In this document: piece after piece, positions 1 through 10,129 of the stretch
Numbering within the stretch: the first letter of the stretch is position 1
Layout: the number at the start of each line of letters is the position of its first letter
Source of the DNA: the human T2T-CHM13v2.0 reference genome, Homo sapiens
Strand: one strand, 5' to 3'
Assembly: GCF_009914755.1 (NCBI RefSeq)
Contig: NC_060929.1
DNA length: 64,000 nt
The notes under the pieces: generated by a model
What the model was told of the DNA's origin: nothing
What the model saw: the letters and a program-made list of their open reading frames with translations, nothing else
Databases searched by the model: none
Translations under genes and position numbers: made by a program

Positions 1-104
1 TGTCAATCTGACTCAATTCCTTGTAGATAGTTCATTTCCAGGCATGTATTTTCTTGGAGTTTGTTAAAAACAATGGAAAAATCTTATCTTAAAAGTACCT
101 CTTG

Positions 105-370
105 GGCCGGGTGCGGTGGCTCACGTCTATAATCCCAGCACTTTGGAAGGCTGAGGTGGGCAAATCACCTGAGGTCAGGAGTGTAAGACCAGTCTGACCA
201 ACGTGGTGAAACCCTGTCTCTACAAAAATACAAAAATTAACCAGGCATGATGGCAGGTGCCTGTAATCCCAGCTACTTGGGAGGCTGAGATGGGAGAATT
301 GTTTGAACCTGCTGCATTCCAGCCTGGGCAACAGAGTGGGACTCAAAAAAAAAAAAAAAAAAAAAAAAAA
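105..370 (+). mobile_element. AluS-type SINE with an internal deletion in the right arm
   Basis: Starts GGCCGGGTGCGGTGGCTCAC, has the A-rich linker and a poly(A) tail to 370. About 35 bp (GGAGG...GCGCCA) is missing between GAACCT and GCTGCATTCC. Confidence 0.95.
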
Positions 371-1499
371 CCTCCCTAAAAATGCAACTCAAAGTGTTAA
401 GTATTCATATTTCTAGATTCCATTAAAGGCAGTTGTGAGGTATTTATATTAATGGAATTTGCCTTGCTTAAAAAAATTCAGGACCATGAGGTTTTGGATT
501 ATTAATGCAGAACTGCTAAATAATTTTTTGAATGGTAGCTTTCTTTCAAAAGCCACAAAGCTGTGTTATCTTGCTTTCAAGAAAATATTCTTTGTTGAAT
601 GACTTAAGCTTATTAGTTCTTGGAAAATTTTAAGGATGTGCTGCCTTCAAACAGTAAAACAAGTTCCAGCTTTTTGTACTAAGAAGAAACTGTTGTCACT
701 AAGGATCAGCTCTGCTCCTGGTATCAGTGGGCTTATGGAGAGGATGGCAGAGAAGCTTCTTGGGCCTGTGGCATTCTGCATCCTAATGACCATCTCCTTT
801 TTCTGTTCCCTGCCCCTCTCCTCTTTCTTTCCCCCTCCCCTTTTATCCTAAAGCAGGGGATTTATAGGATGATGGCATTTACTACCAAAGCTTTGCTGGC
901 CTTGAAGCAAGCCTAATTTCCAGGTGGCATCTTGAGATTTGTCTTGTCCTGGGTCTGACCATTGCCAGACCATGGTTTCTTCAGTTGGAAGTAAGGCTGT
1001 ACCTATTCCAAGACAGGGAGTTGGGGAGGAGAGGTCAGGGCCAGGTCTGTTAGAATGAGCCGAGACAGACTTAAAAGAGAGAACATAGACAGCATTCTCT
1101 ATGTGGAGTGTTCAAGGCCAACGGTTATGATTAGGAGGCCTGGCTGAAGTAGCGTCAGCTGGTTTTCTAGTGACTATACTAGGGTTGTGAGATCTTAGTG
1201 TCCTGGCAAGTAGACAGTGGTTCATACTTGGGCTTCTGCCCTGCAAGAGAGTGAGAGAACCAGCCAGGACAGCAGTGTCCTCTGGGTGCCAGGCATTATG
1301 TACTAGGGGCTTGGCTTACTGTGCCATTCAGCCAGGTGGCCGTGCCCTGCCCCTCCCCTCCCTGCCATCCATTATATGCCTCCATCCTTCTCAGGGCCCT
1401 TCCCTTCCCCGTGAATCCCCAGCCTGAGGTCGTGCTTAAGTGCCACCTGCTCAAGAGAGAAGGCTTCCTGCCCGCGCCCATGATGTAAGTCCCCCCAGA

Positions 1500-1712
1500 T
1501 GCTTTCCACCATCCTGTCCTTTGTCTGTAATTGCGCTTGTCGCTTGAACAGAATCCTAATTGTGCTGATTACATGTTTAATTTTGGTCTCCCCTGTAAGA
1601 CAGGCATGCTTTTTGGAGGCAGGGACTGAATGTCATTCACATCTGTGCTCCTAGGGTCTAATACATGATGGTGCATTGTAAGTATTCAGTATATAACTTG
1701 TTGAATAAATGG
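1500..1712 (+). mobile_element. L2 LINE 3' end remnant
   Basis: GAGGCAGGGACTG...TGTTGAATAAATGGA resembles the L2 3' terminus. Boundaries approximate. Confidence 0.65.
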
Positions 1713-2127
1713 ATCGGGTTTAGCATTTTCCCCCATTGGACCTGGATTGACCTGGAAATTGGTGGACTGAACCTGCAAGTAGAGATTAAAGGACCTAACA
1801 ACTGTAGAGTGGCTGGTGAAGGTAGATATAAGTGCAGTAAGGGAGGGAGTCGTTGATGTTGTTTTGGTTCGTAGTGCAGAATAAAGCTACTTATGGAAAT
1901 ATACGACTCCTACTCTTAGTTTCTGCTTTGATGTGGTTACTGCTGTTGTTTAGCGTAAGCATATAAACAAATCACTGGCTTAGTGGGTTAATTTTTCTTC
2001 TCTTTTGTTAAACAGCTGAGTTTTTGCTGTTTTCAAAGTTAGCCAAAAATTCCATTTTCATGTTTAAATGATTTAGAAAAATCATTTTTCTTTAAAAAAT
2101 AACAGTACATAAAAAGAAAACATTCTC

Positions 2128-2456
<329 letters not shown>

Positions 2457-3033
2457 TTAGAGTAATTTAAGAAGATTCTGCTTCTTGTTTTACCTTATAT
2501 ATAAAGTACGACATGAGTTAAAATCACACCTTGGTTATAGCAGCTTTTTAAAAAAAATTAAAACACACTTTTAAGTAGGAATTCCAACACTAGTTAATTA
2601 CAGATAAATACATAGCATTTTTAGTGAAATGCTTTGCTAAGGTCATATCCTGTGGTTTTAAGAGCATTTGGCAGCATCGATTGTTAACTTTGAGGATTAC
2701 GTGTAGTTATTCTGATAACAGAAACTTTCCTGGTGGGTAGGAGGCAAGCTGTGTTCTAAGATGATCCTGTATCTGGATCAAAGGAGAGATTGTAAAAATT
2801 ACTTCACTTAGTCAGATTTACTTGGAAATATTAATGAATTTGTTCTGCTCATTTGTTAACTCTGAATAAATTGTTCATCTTTTTAAAACTAAGTTGTCTG
2901 TGAGTCACAGGCCTACATTTATATAAAAGCAAAAATACAGAAATGATTAAAAATCTGGGCCCCAAGAAATAGGTGGACCTGAATGGCAGTCATGTTTACT
3001 TGGCTTTGACAGTTTCAAGAAAAAAGTTGAAAA

Positions 3034-3280
3034 TTGCGTGTTCTCACTCATAGGTGGGAATTGAACAATGAGAACACATGGACACAGAAAGGGGAACATC
3101 ACACACCGGGGCCTGTTGTGGGGTGGGGGGAGGGGGGAGGGATAGCATTAGGAGATATACCTAATGTAAATGACGAATTAATGGGCGCAGCACACCAACA
3201 TGGCACATGTATACATATGTAACAAACCTGCACGTTGTGCACATGTACCCTAAAACTTAAGGTATAATTTAAAAAAAAAA
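3034..3280 (+). mobile_element. 5'-truncated L1PA 3' UTR with poly(A)
   Basis: TGTTCTCACTCATAGGTGGGAATTGAACAATGAGAACAC, a G-rich tract, then CACATGTACCCTAAAACTTAA. 17-bp TSD with 1 mismatch: AAGAAAAAAGTTGAAAA (3017-3033) / AAGAAAAAAGGTGAAAA (3281-3297). Confidence 0.95.
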
Positions 3281-3375
3281 AAGAAAAAAGGTGAAAAGTT
3301 CTGTTATGAACTTGTGAAAACAGCATATAGCATATAGATAACCCAGCATTGCTAGGCAGTTCTAAGGACCCGTAC

Positions 3376-3442
3376 CAGGCTTGTCCAACCCATGGACCAA
3401 CACAAATTCATAAACTTTCTTAAAACATTTTGAATATTTTTG

Positions 3443-3481
<39 letters not shown>

Positions 3482-3581
3482 CATCAGCTATCGTTAGTAT
3501 TGGTGTATTTTATGTGTGGCCCAAGACAATTCCTCTTCTTCCAGTGTGGCCCCAGGGAAGCCAAAAGATTGGACACTCCTG
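3376..3581 (-). mobile_element. MER30-type hAT-Charlie MITE
   Basis: TIRs CAGGCTTGTCCAA ... TTGGACACTCCTG; internal GCTCATCAGCTATCGTTAG and TGTGGCCCAAGACAATT; expanded poly(T). Confidence 0.85.
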
Positions 3582-3650
3582 ACCTACTATGAGCAAGTTG
3601 AAGTGATTTTGAATACTGTAGCTCATGTTGTGATTACCAGTATCTCCATT

Positions 3651-4067
3651 TGATATGCTTTGACTGTGTCCAAACCCAAATCTCATCTTTAATTGTAGCT
3701 CTCATAATTCCCACATGTTGTGAGAGGGACTTGGTGGAAGATAATTGAATCTTCAGGGTGGTTTACCCCATACTGTTCTCGTGGTTGTGAATAAGTGTCA
3801 TGAGATCTGATGATTTTATAAGGAGTTTCCCCTTTTGCTTGGCTCTCATTATCTCGTCTGCCGCCAAGACGTCTGTGACTGACCCTTTCCTGTACTCTGT
3901 ACAATGGGGCCTCACTCTTCCGGCAGTGAGACATGCCTTTCACCTTCTGCCATAACTGTGAGGCCTCTCCAGCTACGTGGAGCTGTGAGTCCATTAAACC
4001 TCTTTTTCTTTATAAATTACCCAGTCTCGTGTATGTCTTTATCAGCCATGTGAAAAGGCCTAATACA
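3651..4067 (+). mobile_element. THE1 (THE1C-like) MaLR solo LTR carrying a 56-bp insertion
   Basis: TGATATG...CTAATACA termini, perfect 5-bp TSD CCATT (3646-3650, 4068-4072), ATTAAA poly(A) signal. Confidence 0.92.
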
Positions 4068-4129
4068 CCATTCTGGTCATTTATAATTTTTATTTATGCT
4101 TTTATTTATAATTTTTAAGATCCACTCAG

Positions 4130-4223
4130 TCAACCTACAGTCATGAGAAATGATAAGCTATTATCGTTTGAGCCATGATAAGTTTTGTGGTGGTTCGTTT
4201 TGTAGTAATTAGATACCTGATAC
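4130..4223 (+). mobile_element. Old MLT1-type LTR 3' end fragment
   Basis: TTTGAGCCATGATAAGTTTTGTGGTGGTTCGTTTTGTAGTAATTAGATACCTGATAC resembles MLT1 3' termini. Confidence 0.55.
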
Positions 4224-5904
4224 CTCAGGTTATAGTCGTAACTTTTTAAAAAATGGAGTAAACAAGTTTGATTATTCTGTTTGTGTATATTGGGCACTGA
4301 ATAGTTATTTCCCAAACTGTAATCTGTTCTTAAAAAATAATGGCTTACTGCATTAAGGATTTTTCCAAAGAATGTCCTATAATAGGCAATTTGAAGAGAG
4401 AGATTCCAGAAGGCGTTGAGTCCTGGCAGTGTTCCTGTGGAATAAGTCTGCAGCATCCCAAGGTGATTGCTTTTTGGTATCTTAAAAGTAAAACAGCTTC
4501 ATTCCTTGTGTCCAGAAACATTTCCCCGCAAGGACTACAAAAGCCTTACAAAACATCATCATCATTCTCACAGTATTTTTAGAATCAAGTAGGAAGGTAA
4601 TTTTCTTTTTTTACAGACCATGTTTCCTGGTCAGATATTTCTGGTTTTGTACTTAATAATGAAATAAGCATATTAAGACAGAGATCTTATGTTCACCTGT
4701 GAGTTTTATGGAAATGACCTTTTTATATTGTTAGAATAAAAAGTAACAAATTCTAAGAAACAGTCTTTTAAAAAATGTATGTAGTAATTGTCCGGTGTGG
4801 CGTTCAGTGCCCTCAAGCATGGGAATGGAGCCCTTGACGGGCATCTGTGACTGACCCTTTCCTGTACTCTGTACAAGGGGGCCTCGCTCCCCTGGCAGTC
4901 ACCTGCCCCTTGCTAGGTGCTGAAGCTGTACAAAGCCTAGTCCTTTTCTCAGCAGACCAGGGAAAGGGGTGGGGGTGGGCTGATGGCTTATTAGAGAAAC
5001 ACAGCAGGAATAGCGTGTAAAATTGAAGAAGGAAAGTGAGCCCTTGTTGATTGTGCACTCAAACCTGGTAGCTTTTTCCTATTTTTCTCTTATCGTTACG
5101 TTGCACCTCAGAAGATGCCTGGTACTTTTAAGTAAAGCAACAAATGTAGGAAGAATTGAACTGCTCTTTTCAGGATCCTGATGGATGTCTCAAATGTTTC
5201 TAGACCTTGATAAAAGTACTTGAGCCTGTCAATAGCCTAGACGTTTTAAAAGCTGCTTATGCTTTTTATTTCTTGGGAAATGCTTGTTTTGAGTTGTGTG
5301 TCTTGTTTTAAGCCAAACAAGTGTCATCTGTGGTTGTGCTGCTAGTACATTTCTGCTTGACCTCACAATAAAATACTGATTTTGAAAGCACCAGCCTGTC
5401 TTTTTACCGCAGAGGTAATTTGAGAGAGGAGTGGAGGGTGCCCGGGGAAGGAGTTCTGCACTGCCAGCCTCATGGATGCCAGAGAGAAAGGGGAGTTCTT
5501 TTCCTTGGTCGATGGTCACAGAGGAGGAAGAGTGTGAACTTACTCCTTTTTTGTTCTGCAGGTTGTCTTGGTCTGTCTTTATGATCGTGGGCAGCTTAGG
5601 GACAAGCAAGGTCCTGGCACCCATGGTTGAGTGAGTGGACCACATACTAACATTGTATGGTCAGTGTTGGTCTCTAGGTCTTACGGGAATGTGTACTTAA
5701 GTATGGTGGAACAATAGCTAATTAAGTAGAGATTTCAAGAAACAAAGGATTTGAGGAAGATATTGCCCAAAATAAGACTATTGTATATTATCCTATGAAG
5801 TCCTGAACCCTGTCTCTCATTAAAATGCTATTCAGATTTTGGGGAACAGACATGAAGTAAAAGATACAGTGTAACATGGAGAGTTAACCTAAGGATATAG
5901 GAGC

Positions 5905-6085
5905 TTAGAGCAGTGACCCTGACCTGGGCAAGTGCCTTCCCCTCTTTGACTCTGTTTCCTCACTGTAAAATGCAGATAACAGTAGTACTCATTCACTGGG
6001 CTGTTCGGATGATTCAGTGATTTAATATTTGTAAAGAGCCTAGAACAGGGCCTGCCACCATGTATACACTTTAGTAATAATATTA
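5905..6085 (+). mobile_element. MIR SINE
   Basis: MIR core GACCTGGGCAAGTG...CTGTTTCCTCACTGTAAAATG...GATTCAGTGA...TGTAAAGAGCCTAGAACAGGGCCTG. Confidence 0.8.
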
Positions 6086-6884
6086 GTCAGGGGTGTTTCT
6101 AGCCGTGTAGAAGTCTGGGATGCGTGGTGTCACCCCTTCTTCAGGGTTCCTCTTCCAAGCTCTTTTTCCTGCTCTCTGTTTCCACCGTGGCTGCAGTAGA
6201 GACAGAGGCCAACATTTGTGGTGCAAAGGGAAGTGCCCACGGATTCAGGAGGGCACAGGATTTTATTGTCTTAAATCATTAACTATTGCCCGAAAAATCC
6301 ACAGAACATCGTTGTGTAACTGCAGCTGCAGGAAGTGTCTGCTTTCTGGCCTCAGCGCCAGGGAGGTGGAGTTACTTAGCACATCCACCGCATGCTTCCT
6401 GGGCTGTTTCTTTTGTGGATTGCAAATTCTTTGGAAAATAGAACATGTGATCTAGAGAAAAGAAGAAAATAAGAACAAAGGATAAAATAATTGTCCCCGT
6501 AATGTAGCAGCTAACAGTTTCATTCAGAAGTACCTGAAACAGTGAACAGTAGTTCCTCTGCATTTGAAGTAATGTTACAAGTCAATACACTGTTCATTAC
6601 GTTAGATTCAAAATGAAGGTCTATCTTGTATCTGAAGTTCCTTGGCCAGGGAGAGGATAAAAACCCCTGGCAAAAATAGGAATTATGCAGCTGTAGTTAC
6701 AATTAAATTTAATTCATGAAAACTACATATCATACTTCATAATAACATTAATTTTTATTATCTGGCTACTGTGTTATTAACACAAAATATAAGAATTATT
6801 AGTGTTTCAGAAGATGCCAGTTGGTTTCTTACTAATGAAAACATTATACGCATACAAATACTTTTATACAAATGTTTTTCAATT

Positions 6885-7181
<297 letters not shown>

Positions 7182-7210
7182 AAATATTTTTCATTTTAAA
7201 ATGTACTTTT

Positions 7211-7508
7211 TATTTATTTTTATTTTTGAGATGGTTTCTCACTCTGTCACCCAGACTGGAGTGCAGTGGCACAATCTCAGCTCACTGCAACCTCTTCCTC
7301 CCGGCACAAGTGATCCTTCCACCTCAGCCTCCTGTGTATCTGGGACCATGGCATCGCACCACCATACATGGCTAATTTTTTGTATTTGTGGTAGAGATGG
7401 GTCTCACTGTGTTGCCCTGGCTGGTCTTGAACTACTGGTCTCAAGCAGTCCACTTGCCTAGGCCTCCCAAAATGTTGGGATTATAGGCATGAGCCACTGC
7501 ACCTGGTC
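7211..7508 (-). mobile_element. Alu (AluJ-like), antisense
   Basis: Full reverse Alu. TSD TAAAATGTACTTTTT on both sides. Confidence 0.93.
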
Positions 7509-8294
7509 TAAAATGTACTTTTTTAGAAAAAGAAACGTCTTTTTAAAAAACTAAGCATACTGCTTAATTCCTCTATATTCTTGCTCTTGTCTTGAGGACT
7601 TTGCATCCTCTGAACTCAACTTGTGGTCAGATTCTCCGGATGTTTCTTATCCTCGAAAGTTTAACTCAACCTCTTTCTCCCAGTAAGCCTCTGAGGTCCC
7701 AGCAGCCTCTTTCTCAGGTCCCGCTGCCCTTCTGTTCTGGCATGTGCCTAACCTGACAGTTGCTGCCTTGCTCCTGAAATTTGTCATTCCATTTCGATGG
7801 TGCCTGTGTGTTACCTGTGTATGACTGAAGTACATATTCGTTATCTGCGTGAGACAGTACAGATTGGTGTATAGTATTTTACAGCCACTTCATTATATGC
7901 TATTTCCGTGTACTGGCAAAAAAGAGAATAAAACTTCCTAGGATATAAGTACCTACTGCTGTTTTGGTGCATGTCCAGTTAGGCTTTTCTCTTTTTATTT
8001 GTTTGTGTACCTGTAACTCCATATAAGCATATATAATCATGTTACATATGTTTAAAAGGCGTCATTTTGCAATGCAGTTTTATCACTAGTTTTTTCTCTG
8101 TCAAGGGATGTATAAAAATGGATCACAAATCTAAATTTAAAACTATAAAACTTAGGAGAGAATCTTTGTGATCTTGGATTAAACAAAGATTTGTTAGATA
8201 AGATACAGAAAGTATGAACAACATAAGAAAAAAGTCTATAGTTTAAACTTTTTTATATTCAGTTTTGCTTTTCAAAATATACCTTTAAGGAAAT

Positions 8295-8406
8295 GGTCTG
8301 GGTAAGGTGGCTCACACCTGTAATCCCAGCACTTTGAGAGGCTGAGGTGGGAGGTTGGCTTGAGGCTAGGAGTTCAGGATCAGCCTGGGCAACATAGCAA
8401 GATGGT

Positions 8407-8452
<46 letters not shown>

Positions 8453-8476
8453 CCAGGTAGCATAGCAAGACTGTCT

Positions 8477-8514
<38 letters not shown>

Positions 8515-8602
8515 AGAGAGCCAGGTAGCATAGCAAGACTGTCTACACACATACACACACACACACACACACACGCAGCCAGGTAGCATAGCAAGACTGT
8601 CT

Positions 8603-8650
<48 letters not shown>

Positions 8651-8674
8651 CCAGGTAGCTTAGCAAGACTGTCT

Positions 8675-8721
<47 letters not shown>

Positions 8722-8892
8722 GCCAGGTGTGGTGGCATGCACCTGTAGTCCTAGCTGCTTGGTAGGCTCAAGTGGGAGGATTGCTTCAGCCCAGCAGTTC
8801 AAGGTTACAGTGAGCTGTGATCGTGCCACTGTACTCAACTCCACCCTGGGCAATAGAGCAAGACCTTGTCTCAGAGAGAGAGAGAGAGAGAG
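8295..8892 (+). mobile_element. AluJ-like element with expanded linker and (AG)n tail
   Basis: Left arm 8295-8410; right arm resumes at about 8721 (AGCCAGGTGTGGTGGCATGC); tail is (AG)n. Confidence 0.9.
8392..8728. repeat. Composite minisatellite: 5 units of CATAGCAAGACTGTCTCTCT-(AC)n-AGCCAGGTAG
   Basis: Units start at about 8392, 8461, 8529, 8587 and 8659. The (AC)n length differs between units. Confidence 0.95.
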
Positions 8893-9718
8893 TGAAAATA
8901 CAAGCCACAGACCAAGACAAAATATTTGTAAATCATATATCCAATAAAGGATTTTTAATCCAGAATATATGCAGAACTTTTATAACACAATAAAAAGAAC
9001 AAAACCAAATTAAAAATTGAGCACAAGATTTAAATAGACACTCAACAAAGAAGGGCAAATAAACACATCAGAAGATGTTCAATATCATTAGTCACTAGGA
9101 AAATACAAATTTAAATCACAATGAAATACCACTACTCACTTAGAACAGCTATAATAAAAAAGATTGACATTGCCAAGTGTTGATGAGGGTGTGGAGAAAC
9201 CAAAACCCTCATAAATTGGGAATATAAGGTTGTACAGTCAGTTTGGAAAACAGTTTGCAGTTTCTTAAAAGTTTAAACATAGGCTTATCATTTGAACCAG
9301 CAGTTTCACTCCTGTGTATCTCCTTCTAAATAAATGAAAACATGTCTGCACAGACTTTTCTACGAATGTACAGCCGTATTACTCATAATAGCCAAAAATG
9401 AAATGATCTAAATGTCCACCAACTGGAATGGATAAACAGGATGTGGTATATCATCATCATATCCAGACGGTTAAATACTCCTCAGCAATAAGGAACAAAT
9501 TTCTGACACATGCCACAACCTGAGTGAACCTCACTGACTGCATGCTAAGTGAAAGAAGCCAGACACAAAATACGACATATTGCATGATGCCGTTTCTATG
9601 AAATTTCCAGAAAAAGCAAAATTAGGCAAAAAAGCATTTCAGTGGTTGCCTTGGGGTATGGGCCGGTGAGAGGATTGACTGCAAAGAGTCACAAGGAAAC
9701 ATTTCAGAGCGAAGAAAG

Positions 9719-10087
9719 TGTTAAACCAAACTAAAGCCTGAAGATGTCTCTGTGCTTTGAGTCCTTATGTAAGCAACTGTAATCTAACTTAGTATGTAAA
9801 CTAACAGAAAGTCTAACTGAAGAGTATACTTTTGTAACAAATAGCTGACTCTCAGCCAATCACAGCAGCTGGGCTTCAGTTAGTCACAAGTGGACAGTTC
9901 ATCAGACCTTGTTCAAATAAGGCAAAGGCTGAGCTTTAACCAGTTGAGCTGTTTCTGTACCTCACTTCTGTTTTCTGTTCATAAGTGTTACCTACCTGAA
10001 GTGGAACTCTGAACCCTCTGCTGGTTCTAAGGGTTGCCTCATTTTCGAATCATCCTATTCTCAGTTAAACTCTGTTATAAAGTTTGT
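9719..10087 (+). mobile_element. MER57-family ERV1 solo LTR
   Basis: Starts TGTTAAACCAAACTAAA; contains CAGCCAATCACAGCAGC, GTTCAAATAAGGCAAA and GCTGTTTCTGTACCTCACTTC. Confidence 0.75.
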
Positions 10088-10129
10088 TTGTAAAACTGGA
10101 TTGTGATGTTGTAAAACTGGATTGTGATG
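10088..10129. repeat. Perfect 21-bp tandem duplication
   Basis: TTGTAAAACTGGATTGTGATG twice (10088-10108, 10109-10129), at the LTR/L1 junction. Confidence 0.9.

Noticed and set aside
1665-1856. 63-aa ATG-initiated ORF (MMVHCKYS...)
   Set aside because: It starts inside an L2 remnant, has no recognisable domain, and its length is expected by chance.
3118-3141. G-quadruplex-like tract
   Set aside because: It is the standard G-rich tract of the L1PA 3' UTR and not specific to this locus.
8392-8728. Repeat-spacer-repeat pattern resembling a CRISPR array
   Set aside because: The apparent spacers are (AC)n, the repeats are Alu arm ends, the DNA is primate and there are no cas genes.
8409-8738. 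109-aa Cys/Val-rich ORF on the minus strand
   Set aside because: It is a translation of (TG)n microsatellite.
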